The position numbers and the translations under genes are program-made. This document shows positions 36,410 through 46,401 of a DNA stretch of 64,000 bases, in pieces. The notes under the pieces are model-generated. The model had not been told where the DNA came from, made no database searches, and was given only the letters and a program-made list of their open reading frames with translations. Numbering within the stretch: position 1 is the first letter of the stretch; the number at the start of each line of letters is the position of its first letter. The DNA lies in IMG/VR virus record IMGVR_UViG_3300045988_179268, positions 64,001 through 128,000 of that record; one strand, 5' to 3'. The DNA is from a virus.

Positions 36410-36597
36410 TATAATAAAAGCATAAAGGAATGAACCCAAGAACGGCTCATCAGATACAAGCAGGGAAGTTGCCAACCAAGCCCCGAAGGGACACCTGAAT
36501 GGTACACTGGGGAATAGAAGCAATAACAACAGCAACAACCTGCTAAGCACTAAGAGCACTCGGCAAAGCTGAATATGGGTCATAACCGAAACACCCG

Positions 36598-36630
36598 AGG
36601 GGCGTACAAGTTACTATCTTGTACGCCCCT
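36598..36630 (+). terminator. Hairpin ~190 nt downstream of the Rad50-like gene
   Basis: aggggcgtacaag (36598-36610) pairs with cttgtacgcccct (36618-36630). Confidence 0.55.
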
Positions 36631-36737
36631 TAAAACATGCCTCAGCCAAAAAGACACACAAAACCACCTTGAACATATAACATGCACCACACTAAAATAT
36701 AACCTGTCACAACCACCAAACATTAAATGAGGCACAA

Positions 36738-37328
36738 ATGGCAACAACGCTAACCCTCCCAATCACACCAATCAAACAAACCATTGACGAAATCTTCGAT
36801 GAAAAGTTTTCCCGCCACAAAGAAAACATCTACCACCTAATCCCGCCACCCCACAAAAGCGATGACCCGCGCCACGACCAAATCTTACGCACAAAAGCAA
36901 TCAAGAAAAACGCGCTAACGCAAGCAGTAGAAGCCCTACGAATCTACAGCAACGACCCAGACCTCACTGCTACCAGCAAAAAGGTTTACATCTCAATCGA
37001 AACCGAGAAACCAGTCGGTACGCAAGATGCTAGTGGGCAACCAGCACCACTCGCATTACCTGGGCTAGAAGAACCAACCTACGAGAATGACAGCCCTCAC
37101 TACATTGTGCATAACCGCACGGAGTGGAAGAAGCTAACGAGGGGGCAGTGGCTCCACTGGAACCATAACACTCTTAACCTCACGGAGAAGAAGCCTGAAC
37201 GCGGCAAAAAATTCATCACACCAGCTGAAAACATTGAACAATTCATAGCCAGTAGAGTCGATGATGCCATTGACTGCGCCATCAAGTACGGGATAACCTC
37301 GTACAAGATTCTCGACCAGAACAACTAG
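36738..37328 (+). CDS. Hypothetical protein
   Basis: ORF only. Confidence 0.45.
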   Translation: MATTLTLPITPIKQTIDEIFDEKFSRHKENIYHLIPPPHKSDDPRHDQILRTKAIKKNALTQAVEALRIYSNDPDLTATSKKVYISIETEKPVGTQDASGQPAPLALPGLEEPTYENDSPHYIVHNRTEWKKLTRGQWLHWNHNTLNLTEKKPERGKKFITPAENIEQFIASRVDDAIDCAIKYGITSYKILDQNN

Positions 37329-37349
37329 GGAAGGAAGGTCTAATCTTCT

Positions 37350-37991
37350 ATGCCACGCAAACGAAACCCCTACGGGTACACTGTTGTCGAGAACGCCATC
37401 CTCAATAACCGTCATAGATGGGAGCCGGAAGCGCCACAGATGGAAGTCCCGCTAGGTGTTCAAAAGATGAACAGTACACAACGCGGAGAATACTACCGTA
37501 TCAAGCATGACGACCTCATGAAAGCCGCCGCAAAGGAAGCCAGCCGCGTAGCCGGAGTGAGTACGGAAGACGCAATCAACGCGATTAGCGCATACAGGAA
37601 CGTGGCTACGGCGCTACTTGCAAACGGCATCAGCGTAGACATGCTAGGAATGGTGGATATACACCGAAGCGAAAGCAAGCATAAACGCCTGACCACAAAA
37701 ATTAAACCCTGGCTATCTGGATTAATTAAACTGGCAGATGAACGACCAGACCTCACATTTACCGCGAACAACTGGTACACTCAGCTTTTTGAATATGGGT
37801 CACATATTCGAAAGACTCCAGGTTGGGACTATAAACGTTATGATGAAGAGCGTGAAGCAGGTAAGAAGCACCGCCGAAATGCACGCACCTACGCAGATGC
37901 GCTACGCGACCTAAAAACAGGCGCGCCTGTGCCAGACACGGCAATGATTCGCCGCCAATCTGAGGCGCAGAGGAAACGTTCTGCTATATAA
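37350..37991 (+). CDS. Hypothetical basic protein
   Basis: ORF only; Arg/Lys-rich ends. Confidence 0.45.
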   Translation: MPRKRNPYGYTVVENAILNNRHRWEPEAPQMEVPLGVQKMNSTQRGEYYRIKHDDLMKAAAKEASRVAGVSTEDAINAISAYRNVATALLANGISVDMLGMVDIHRSESKHKRLTTKIKPWLSGLIKLADERPDLTFTANNWYTQLFEYGSHIRKTPGWDYKRYDEEREAGKKHRRNARTYADALRDLKTGAPVPDTAMIRRQSEAQRKRSAI

Positions 37992-38052
37992 GACATGGTT
38001 AGTTCCCTTTGGTGGGTAGGGCGGGCTTTAATAGTCTGGTTCTCCTAAATGG

Positions 38053-38085
38053 AAGGCGGCGCGCAGTATAGATGCGCGCCGCCTT
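38053..38085 (+). terminator. Rho-independent-type terminator
   Basis: aaggcggcgcgca (38053-38065) pairs with tgcgcgccgcctt (38073-38085) and runs into TTTT. Confidence 0.7.
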
Positions 38086-38139
38086 TTCTGCTATATACAA
38101 ACACAGCTGAAAATTTATAACTCACGGACAGATACGCGA

Positions 38140-41100
38140 ATGGCACGTACATATACAACATGGGGTAAAAGCCCTAACCTAACTCGACCAGCAAGCAACG
38201 GAAACCTCTTCATGAGACTCGTTGCTTCCATCATGCTTGCCCTCCTTATCGCCACCAGCTTCATGCCTGCAAGCGTGAACGTAGCCTTCGCGGACGACGG
38301 CGACAAGAAAACCGTAGAAAAACTTCAAGAAGCACAGAAACAACTAGGGGTAACCGAAAGTGGCGACAAGGGCTTCACTCAAGCTTTAGATAAAGCAAAA
38401 AAGGACGGGTCAAAAACGTCCTTCGCTAAAGTGCTAAACCGCGTACTTACCCCCTCGTATATTTATCAGCACCCAAAGTCAAGCACTGATGGCTATTATA
38501 AAGACAATAAGAAATGGTCATGCGACGCTAACGACCCCAATAAAGGTCTTCTCACATATCATAACTGCGACGTTCCTAACTATATTGCCGATTTGGGTCA
38601 AAATCTGTACAGCGCTGTAGCCCCCGGCGGTATCCAGCGTGGCGGCGCGGAATCTAACAAACTTGATATGCCCTGGCTAGGTCTGCCTACCGGGGTTAAA
38701 AGCGTGCCCGCAACTGCAAGTGCCCGCGTGGAAAAATACACCGCAATGGAGCTTTACGGATACAACCTTAGGGTAACCTACTACAACGGCGAGTTTGACC
38801 ATATTCAGGTGCAAACTGAGGCGCGCCTCATGGGTAATTTCGGTGCATCTCAAACCCTCGCGCTTGGTGTAAGCGCAATCTTTAACGGAGCAACCGAAGG
38901 CGCAAGCGGCGCTGTCCAGGCGTTCAAAGACGAATGGGCGAAAGGTAACCCATTCGGGTCTGTTGCCGCCGCGTTTACTGCTGGTGCCCAGACCTCTGCC
39001 GCCGCCGCAATCGACACTATCCTAGACACCTCAGACGCTAACGTCATGGCGACCCGTGGATACACGCGCGTAGGCATCAACAACACCCTTTACAATGCAC
39101 GCGCCGCAACTAACGCGGAGATGGAACAAGAAATTATCAACACCATCGCCGCCGCAATTGCAGGTAAAACACCCGAAGAAGTTCGCCTACCCGACGACCT
39201 GAAACAGCTTCAAACCCCACCAGCGCAACCCAGCGCAGGTGGCACAACCTGTATCGTCACTAACCCAGACGGAACCAAGAGCACCATCTCTAAACTGGCG
39301 GATGAAAATGCTTGTTCCGAAGCGGCAAAGACTGCCAACATGGAGAATCCTCAATACCAGTGGGACGCATCCGACAAGCAAGCTGAAAGCATTAAAGACT
39401 GGAAGGAGCACAACAAAGGCTGGTTTGAAGCGGCTCAAAAATACAACCTTACCTGTAATGTAGATGAGGACGAAGCGAAACGCGACGAAACCCTGTCCTC
39501 GTTCTACTCCTGCGTGCCCACAGCATACACTGCCGCCGTCCAAAAATACACGAAAGAAAAAGAAGGTGAAGCAGGCAAGAAGCTTGCCGAAACCCTCAAC
39601 CAGCCTGGTTTCTTCCAAGACTTCCTTAAGAAGAACCTAGCCGCAAACTTCAATAACCCTGCAAACCAGTACTATTGTTTAAATATTGACGGCACTGACA
39701 AGCTGGATGCAAACGGTAAGCCCATGAAGCTCTTCACGGCGAACGGTGCTTACAACCCAGACTGTACACCTACCCGCGCACCAATTAAAGGAGGTATCTA
39801 CGGTACGGGGGACGGGGCTATCACTGATACCCGCCGCGAACTTTATGATTCCAACTTAGCGTCCATGCTGTTCAGCTCTGATGGAGTTTTCACCGACTTC
39901 ACTAACGCAGGCATCATGTCTGCCGCCGCTGTAACCCGCTTCGCAAATGCCGCCCTTAACATCGGTATGTCACCACTTTTGCAGACCTTCGGAGTGGACA
40001 ACCTCATTGCTGAACTTATCACCCTGTTCACTAAGAGTGCCTTCTACCCCTTCGGCATCATCGCCGCGCTTATCGGTCTGCTACTTATCGTGCGTGAATC
40101 AATCACGAAGGGTAACCGTGGCATCAAGACATTAGCAATGTTTATCCTTGGACTGCTCGTCATCTCGACCACCGCAACCCTAACCCTCAACAAGCCCCAC
40201 GAAACCATTAAGTTTGTAGACAAGAGCGTAAATGTCCTCGACAGCTTCATCGCTGACGCACTTGTATCCAAGAGTATCGGTGATGAGATTTGTAGCGCCA
40301 CCGGAAATAGTGGCGTTATCAAATACGCTACAAAACGTACAGACTCAGACCCCGCAACTCGTACACTCATGTGTGAGGTCTGGCGAATGAACGTGCTCAC
40401 CCCTTGGAGCTACGCGCAATGGGGTACTGGGTATAATAACTTATACGCAGTGGATGCTAAACGCCCAACAACAGCGCACACCCTGACCAACACCAACAGT
40501 GCGCAGGTCAGCCGCGCGCCTGTCCAGATGGGTGCAGGCATCACTGTTAATAACTGGGCGTTGTATCAGCTGGACTTGATGAGTACGGGCACTACCACAG
40601 AGGATAACCCAAACCGCCCCGCCGGTATCACTAGCCGTGACATGTACCGTATCGTAGATGTCCAAGCTGGTCTTGATAACGGCGCAGGTACGGACTCACG
40701 CTATCTGCAACATTGGGCTGGGCGTGAAGCGATGAGCCGCGCGTCCGTAGGTGCCCTCGCGCCCGTTGCCGCCATTGTTACAGGGTTTGCTGTAGGGTAC
40801 TTTGCAGTCTACAAGGCAATCATCAAAGCCATGCTCCTGCTGATGCTTGTCTTCCTGCCGTTCATCCTCCTTATGGCGCTACTGGGCAAACGCACTAAGC
40901 AAGGTACCATGCGTTACGTAACGACCATCCTTGGATTGTATGCACAGTCGGCAATCTTGACGTTCCTTCTTTGCCTCATGTCAGTGCTACTCATCAATCT
41001 GACTAGCTCCGTCACGGCGTACATCTTCGTATTCATTGCTCAAACCTTGCTGTCGCTACTGCTACTGCTAGGCGCACGCAAGATTATGAAGAAGATTATG

Positions 41101-42162
41101 GGCGGTCACGGAATTGCCGGTACCATCAACATGACCGACAGCAAGCACATCCTGTCGAAGACGAAAGTCGGTAAGCAGGTTGTCAGGTTCTTTGAAACCG
41201 CTCCGGGTAAGGCTAAGCATAACTTCGCTAAGGGCTACGCTGAGAATGGTCTACGTGGTGGCATCACCGAAGCGGCAAAAACTGTCACTCAGCTACCCAC
41301 CATGAACCCCTACAACCGTAAGGGTGCAGTGCGAACTGTCCTTACTGCCCGCTCAACTGGTCTGGAAACTGCCCGCAAGAGCGTTCAAAACATGGACGGA
41401 TTCGATGAAGCAAAGAAAATTGCCCGCGACCTCAACGAAATTAACGCCGCTGAACACGGTGTTAAAGCCTCCGATACCAGCATTGACCGCCTCCGAAGCG
41501 CAAAGGACATCCGCGACGCAAAGAACATGGTCACTGCATTGCAGGAAGCTAAAGCTGAGGAGAAAGCCGCCGCTGAAAAAACCGTCCAGGAACGCTACGA
41601 AGCACAGAAGAACTATGTCGAACGGCTGGGCGGAACATGGCAGGCACCCGAAGGTAAGGAACATGAAGCTAACGTCCAATCCGCACTTGAAGAGCGTAAA
41701 CGTTCCAGTGAAGCCTCACACAGCATGGTTCAAGAAACCGTTGAGAAGCAGTCGGCACAATCCAGAACTCCGAAGGATGAGCGTTTTGACATTCAAAACG
41801 ACATCCGCGTCACCCCCGAAGAGAAAGCTATCCATAAGGTAGCTGGCAAGGAAAACACTCTAAGGTACGCCGCTAAATCTGTTGGGACTCGGGCGGCAAA
41901 CCGATTCCATGAGCGATTCCTCGACAATAGGAATACCGAACGGATAACCGAAGCTTTCCAGAGTGGCTACCTTAACGGGATGCCAGAAGAAGTCGAAAAC
42001 GCGCTAACTCTCACCGAGGAACAGCTGAATGACCGACCTCTGGAAGAGCTTGAGCGCATCCAAACCTGGCTCCGATACCATAAGACCAGCCAATCACCTG
42101 ATGAGCATAAGCGACTTCTTGAGGTACTGGAAAAGCTCATTAGCTATAAGAAGCGTAGGTAA
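38140..42162 (+). CDS. Giant secreted/polytopic membrane protein (paralogue 2 of 3) with a charged coiled-coil C-terminus
   Basis: Signal peptide ..ASVNVAFADD. Motifs MCEVWRMNVLTPWSYAQWG (40373-40426) and VNNWALYQL (40546-40572). TM cluster follows. Confidence 0.6.
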   Translation: MARTYTTWGKSPNLTRPASNGNLFMRLVASIMLALLIATSFMPASVNVAFADDGDKKTVEKLQEAQKQLGVTESGDKGFTQALDKAKKDGSKTSFAKVLNRVLTPSYIYQHPKSSTDGYYKDNKKWSCDANDPNKGLLTYHNCDVPNYIADLGQNLYSAVAPGGIQRGGAESNKLDMPWLGLPTGVKSVPATASARVEKYTAMELYGYNLRVTYYNGEFDHIQVQTEARLMGNFGASQTLALGVSAIFNGATEGASGAVQAFKDEWAKGNPFGSVAAAFTAGAQTSAAAAIDTILDTSDANVMATRGYTRVGINNTLYNARAATNAEMEQEIINTIAAAIAGKTPEEVRLPDDLKQLQTPPAQPSAGGTTCIVTNPDGTKSTISKLADENACSEAAKTANMENPQYQWDASDKQAESIKDWKEHNKGWFEAAQKYNLTCNVDEDEAKRDETLSSFYSCVPTAYTAAVQKYTKEKEGEAGKKLAETLNQPGFFQDFLKKNLAANFNNPANQYYCLNIDGTDKLDANGKPMKLFTANGAYNPDCTPTRAPIKGGIYGTGDGAITDTRRELYDSNLASMLFSSDGVFTDFTNAGIMSAAAVTRFANAALNIGMSPLLQTFGVDNLIAELITLFTKSAFYPFGIIAALIGLLLIVRESITKGNRGIKTLAMFILGLLVISTTATLTLNKPHETIKFVDKSVNVLDSFIADALVSKSIGDEICSATGNSGVIKYATKRTDSDPATRTLMCEVWRMNVLTPWSYAQWGTGYNNLYAVDAKRPTTAHTLTNTNSAQVSRAPVQMGAGITVNNWALYQLDLMSTGTTTEDNPNRPAGITSRDMYRIVDVQAGLDNGAGTDSRYLQHWAGREAMSRASVGALAPVAAIVTGFAVGYFAVYKAIIKAMLLLMLVFLPFILLMALLGKRTKQGTMRYVTTILGLYAQSAILTFLLCLMSVLLINLTSSVTAYIFVFIAQTLLSLLLLLGARKIMKKIMGGHGIAGTINMTDSKHILSKTKVGKQVVRFFETAPGKAKHNFAKGYAENGLRGGITEAAKTVTQLPTMNPYNRKGAVRTVLTARSTGLETARKSVQNMDGFDEAKKIARDLNEINAAEHGVKASDTSIDRLRSAKDIRDAKNMVTALQEAKAEEKAAAEKTVQERYEAQKNYVERLGGTWQAPEGKEHEANVQSALEERKRSSEASHSMVQETVEKQSAQSRTPKDERFDIQNDIRVTPEEKAIHKVAGKENTLRYAAKSVGTRAANRFHERFLDNRNTERITEAFQSGYLNGMPEEVENALTLTEEQLNDRPLEELERIQTWLRYHKTSQSPDEHKRLLEVLEKLISYKKRR

Positions 42163-42182
42163 AAAAGAAGGAAAATGACCTG

Positions 42183-45100
42183 ATGCGTGCGCACACCACA
42201 ATCACAGCTGAATCAGCAGTGACACCCCCTAACACCAATCCGAAAGGCGTTAGGGGGGTGTGGCGCACCCTGCTTGCCCTCCTAACCGCAACACTCCTAG
42301 CGTTTAGCCTCTACCCTGCGTTCAGTGTGAGTAGTGCGAATACTCAGCCTGCCCATGCGCTTGACGTGAATAAGTGGGTGATGTGCGATGCTTTCGGCAA
42401 AGACAGCTTGCCTGCCCGCCTGTACCAATATAGTCAAAGTAACGATTTGCAGTTCATGGCGTTCAGTAAGTCTGCCGCCGCCAGTGGACGCTCTAACCCT
42501 GATAGTGGCGCTAACATGCTACTCAAAGTTGTTGGTGTAGATATTGAGAAAAATAACCAACAACTTGTTATTGGTGGCACTGACGCGACTAACGGGGCTG
42601 GCTTCAACAAAGGTAACAAGCTGAATTTTTTTGATAGGTTCGGGCTGGGTGGCTACCAATTCACTGCCTATACAGGTGAGTGGAATTACTTGCGCATTGA
42701 CGCATGTGCGGCAAAGCCGGAAGCCAAAGACCCCAAAGCTAACCACTACTACGAAACCAGGCTCGACCCTACCGCAACTTGGGATAGGGCAAGTTCCAGC
42801 CTTGACCCGCGCACACAGATTTACGCCACTGGTCAGGGCGCACGCTACGCATCAGCCGCAGGAACCTACATCGGAAACATCCTTCTTGGCGCTACCACCT
42901 GGGTATTGGGGTTTTTCCTAGCACTCCTAGTCCTCAGCTTCAAAGATATTGCTAAGCTGATGGGCTTGACTGACATTCTCGTGGGCAACAACCCAGATGT
43001 ATTGGGCGGTATTTTGCGCCCGCTTCAAGAGAATTTCTTATTCCCATTCGCATCAATCATTGTACTAGGTGGACTACTTTTCCTAGTTAAGGGCATCATT
43101 CAGAATGATGGTGCCCGCGAAAAGTGGAAACGCTTCGGCATCGCCCTTTTCACAGGTATCTTCGCAGTATCATTCATCGCACTATCACCCAAACTACTAC
43201 CCCTCCCTAACCGTGCCGCCGCATGGGTTCAAAGCATCACCATTAAAGCGACCACACAGGAACTAACTAGCATGGGGGAATGGTGCTCCACTGAGGTAGG
43301 TAGTAAAAAGAGCACCTATAAAGCTGAGCAAGAAGGAAAGAGAGACGCATTTGAGACTGTCACAGATGAAGTGGCTCAGGTAGTCAGCGAGAACTATAGC
43401 GAAATTGTGGCTTCCCAGCTATCTTGCACATTCACGAAATTATTCGTCTTTGACCCCTGGGCACAGGGGCAGTTCGGAACTAACCCCAACCACCTGTGGG
43501 CTGAGGGTAAAGAGATTCCAGAATGGGCTAAAGACGGAAAGACCCTCGGCAATCACAACAGCAAGTGGGTTGGTGACGCAGGTGTACCTATGGGCGCTGA
43601 AACCTACCTCCACAACTGGGCAATCTACCAGTTATCAACCCAGACCACAAGCCATCTACAGACTGGCAATGAAACTGCCGGGAGGTCACGTGAAGCCCAA
43701 GGTGTATCTACCGACTGGTGGCGCGTTGTAGACGCACTCAGCAACTACGACGAAAAAGACGTTGAGCTGAAAGTTCCGCAAGCCCGCGACTTGCCAAGTA
43801 ATGTTTCTAATGGTGAGTGGGCGCGCCCTGCCGAAGCCGCAATGACCTCACCCTATGGAAACCGACCTGAACTTGGTGACGTGCATAAGGGTATTGACTT
43901 TGGCGCACAGTGTGGGGCACCCATCTATTCTGCTGGTAATGGCAAAGTGGTGTTCGCTCAGAAAGCGTCTGACGGCGCTAATGGTATCATTATTCAGCAT
44001 GACGGCGTTAGTACGATGTACTGGCACATGCAAGATGGCAGTTTGCAAGTCAAGGTTGGCGACGAAGTGAAAGCTGGACAGCAAATCGCTTCTAGTGGTG
44101 ACACTGGGCACGCATACGGTTGTCACCTTCACTTTGAAGTCCGTCCTGGCACCGACTGGGGTAACCAGGATAATGTTACTGACCCGCAAGCGTGGCTCAA
44201 AGAACGCAATATTGACGTAACCAAAGAGAAAGACGGACTGTCCCCTCATGCCGCCGCCGTCAGTACAGGTAACTCCAGCTCCGCTGTTGAAATTACCCGT
44301 GGCGCACAGGATATGGACTCCAAACCTCTTGCGGCGTGGAACACCTGGGTAGGCTCTTCCAGCGGTGCCCGCGTCGGCGTAGGGCTGTCTGCCCTCATCG
44401 TCGCTATTATCGCTCTTGCAGTACCGTCAATCCTTGCGCTAATGACTGCAATCTTAAGCGTACTGATTCAGCTATACATCCTTGTTGTGCCTTTTGCCGC
44501 ACTTGCCCTAATGACCTCCACTAAGCGAGGCATCGCATTTGCCAAGAAATACGGCAAGATGGCTCTCTACCTGTACTTCGCTAGGATAGGTTTGGGTCTG
44601 CTTCTCACCCTATCGGTGGTATTCGTATTATGGGGCTACAGCATCATGGCGACAGTCGGATTCTGGCAAGGCGTAGTTGTCATAGCCCTACTCTCACTGG
44701 CTCTATGGCTGATGAAAAACCGCATCCTCGCGTTTGCAGAAACTTACGCGGGTGGTCTAGTGCGAAAGCCTATGGAAGCGCTAGACAATATCGGTCTAGG
44801 TTTCAAGAGGCTAACGGGTATCGGTACTGCATCTGTAGTAAGTGGTGTTACAGCTAAGCGTGCAGGTGGTTCATTCCTGCAAGCCGCAAGTATTGCCGCC
44901 GCTGATAAGAAACGCGATATTGCCAATGAATCCAAATTTGGTCGCCTGACACTCCGTGCATCAAACAAAGCTAACGAGTTTGCACCGTCAAGGCTCCTCA
45001 AGCCTCAAGGTCATACCCCTACGGTGGATGACGCTGAGCTACTTGTCTGCTCGAACTGTAAGCGAACCTATAAGCATGGGGAAATGAACATGTTTATGGA

Positions 45101-45662
45101 TAAGCTTACAAAGCGCATGTACTGTCAGAGGTGTAAGTCCGAAGGTCTTATCCCAAATAGTGAGCTACTTGTTCCTATTAAGAATAAGGCTGACGAGGAG
45201 AAAGCTAAGAAACGCATGAAGCCAACTAACGATACGTACCTCACAATGGCACTGGCACAGCCAGAACTGCAACGTGAAAACGTGAAGAGTGACGCTGACG
45301 CTTTCAAAGCTTACAAGACTTTGACTACAGCGGCGGCGGACAGTATGGCAAGGCATCACCGAAGCGCCCTCGATGAACGTCAAAAGAGCGTTATTGTGTA
45401 CGAGTTGCCCGAAGCATTAAAGCCATACTTCAACGTAGACGCATACAACATCGCCCGCGATAACGACGACTTCGAAAAGATGCGCCGCCATTGGGGACTA
45501 GCAATCCACAAATACATCCAGGAAGAACTCGGATACAAAATTAACCGAACCCCGGAAGAAACACTAAACGACATTGTTCGCACAAGTGACGGCTATAGTC
45601 CGTGGTGGATGCTAGACCCAAACGCTAAACGAAATGACGAAGGCAACCAGACGGATGAGTAA
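42183..45662 (+). CDS. Giant polytopic membrane protein (paralogue 3 of 3) carrying an M23/LytM peptidase insert and a C-terminal four-Cys zinc-ribbon-like segment
   Basis: Signal/TM segment. Motifs CTFTKLFVFDPWAQGQFG (43425-43478) and HNWAIYQL (43611-43634). M23 motifs HKGIDFGA ... GDTGHAYGCHLHFEVR (43884-44144). CSNCKRTY..YCQRCK. Confidence 0.75.
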   Translation: MRAHTTITAESAVTPPNTNPKGVRGVWRTLLALLTATLLAFSLYPAFSVSSANTQPAHALDVNKWVMCDAFGKDSLPARLYQYSQSNDLQFMAFSKSAAASGRSNPDSGANMLLKVVGVDIEKNNQQLVIGGTDATNGAGFNKGNKLNFFDRFGLGGYQFTAYTGEWNYLRIDACAAKPEAKDPKANHYYETRLDPTATWDRASSSLDPRTQIYATGQGARYASAAGTYIGNILLGATTWVLGFFLALLVLSFKDIAKLMGLTDILVGNNPDVLGGILRPLQENFLFPFASIIVLGGLLFLVKGIIQNDGAREKWKRFGIALFTGIFAVSFIALSPKLLPLPNRAAAWVQSITIKATTQELTSMGEWCSTEVGSKKSTYKAEQEGKRDAFETVTDEVAQVVSENYSEIVASQLSCTFTKLFVFDPWAQGQFGTNPNHLWAEGKEIPEWAKDGKTLGNHNSKWVGDAGVPMGAETYLHNWAIYQLSTQTTSHLQTGNETAGRSREAQGVSTDWWRVVDALSNYDEKDVELKVPQARDLPSNVSNGEWARPAEAAMTSPYGNRPELGDVHKGIDFGAQCGAPIYSAGNGKVVFAQKASDGANGIIIQHDGVSTMYWHMQDGSLQVKVGDEVKAGQQIASSGDTGHAYGCHLHFEVRPGTDWGNQDNVTDPQAWLKERNIDVTKEKDGLSPHAAAVSTGNSSSAVEITRGAQDMDSKPLAAWNTWVGSSSGARVGVGLSALIVAIIALAVPSILALMTAILSVLIQLYILVVPFAALALMTSTKRGIAFAKKYGKMALYLYFARIGLGLLLTLSVVFVLWGYSIMATVGFWQGVVVIALLSLALWLMKNRILAFAETYAGGLVRKPMEALDNIGLGFKRLTGIGTASVVSGVTAKRAGGSFLQAASIAAADKKRDIANESKFGRLTLRASNKANEFAPSRLLKPQGHTPTVDDAELLVCSNCKRTYKHGEMNMFMDKLTKRMYCQRCKSEGLIPNSELLVPIKNKADEEKAKKRMKPTNDTYLTMALAQPELQRENVKSDADAFKAYKTLTTAAADSMARHHRSALDERQKSVIVYELPEALKPYFNVDAYNIARDNDDFEKMRRHWGLAIHKYIQEELGYKINRTPEETLNDIVRTSDGYSPWWMLDPNAKRNDEGNQTDE

Positions 45663-45747
45663 AAACATCCCCAAATCGGTTCGACCATAAAGTAACCAAC
45701 CGGCTAAACTAAATAAGTAACATAAATTTCTACAGGAAGAGGCACCC

Positions 45748-46314
45748 TTGAGGTCATTTGCCGCACCGCTAACCGTCGTTACTGGCAACACTACCGCACC
45801 AGCAACGTTGAGGACTACCCCTAACGGGCAAAAAGTCCTTAACGTGACGGTTGCAACAACTCCACAGCGCCGCGACCAGCAGACTGGAACCTGGCACGAC
45901 AGGGGTACGTCCCAGTTCTACACTGCTACCTTCTGGAATGATGATGCAGAGGCAGTAGCGCAGACTCTAACCCATAAGGGCATCTCCGTTGTGCTTATGG
46001 GCGACTTGGTGGAAACCGAAGTTGAATCCAAGAAGAACCCTGGCACTATGGTGCGTACCAAGAACATCGAGAACCCGCTTATTGCGCCATTGTCTAATAA
46101 GCGTCAAGCAGTAGTTGTAACCCCTCTCGAATATCAAGGCGGCGGCGCACCGGGACAGTACAGCCAGCAGGCACAGCCTGCGTACCAGAACCAGGGCGCA
46201 CCCGCTCAGGGGCAGAATTACAATAACGGCTGGAACGCTAATCAGCAGGCACAGCCTAGCTACGGTGAGCAGTGGAGCAACACGCCCGCTGGCGAAGATG
46301 CACCTCCCTTCTAA
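45748..46314 (+). CDS. ssb: Single-stranded DNA-binding protein
   Basis: OB-fold pattern LTVVTGNTTAPATLRTTPNGQKVLNVTVATT..WHDRGTSQFYTATFWNDDAEAV..KGISVVLMGDL. Gln/Gly/Asn-rich linker. Acidic tip ..EDAPPF. TTG start follows GGAAGAGG. Confidence 0.8.
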   Translation: MRSFAAPLTVVTGNTTAPATLRTTPNGQKVLNVTVATTPQRRDQQTGTWHDRGTSQFYTATFWNDDAEAVAQTLTHKGISVVLMGDLVETEVESKKNPGTMVRTKNIENPLIAPLSNKRQAVVVTPLEYQGGGAPGQYSQQAQPAYQNQGAPAQGQNYNNGWNANQQAQPSYGEQWSNTPAGEDAPPF

Positions 46315-46346
46315 AACAAGGCGGAGAAGCATAACTTAATATAGGT

Positions 46347-46386
46347 AAGGCACCTGGCATCTGTTTTATTAGATGCCAGGTGCCTT
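46347..46386 (+). terminator. Hairpin terminator after ssb
   Basis: 16-bp perfect stem: aaggcacctggcatct (46347-46362) with agatgccaggtgcctt (46371-46386). Confidence 0.65.
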
Positions 46387-46401
46387 CGCTATGTTTCCTC
46401 T

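Noticed and set aside
36430-36500. 22-aa ORF (MNPRTAHQIQAGKLPTKPRRDT) between the Rad50-like gene and the 36598 hairpin
   Set aside because: AGGA abuts the ATG with essentially no spacing. The ORF is very short and shows no hydrophobic or other signature.
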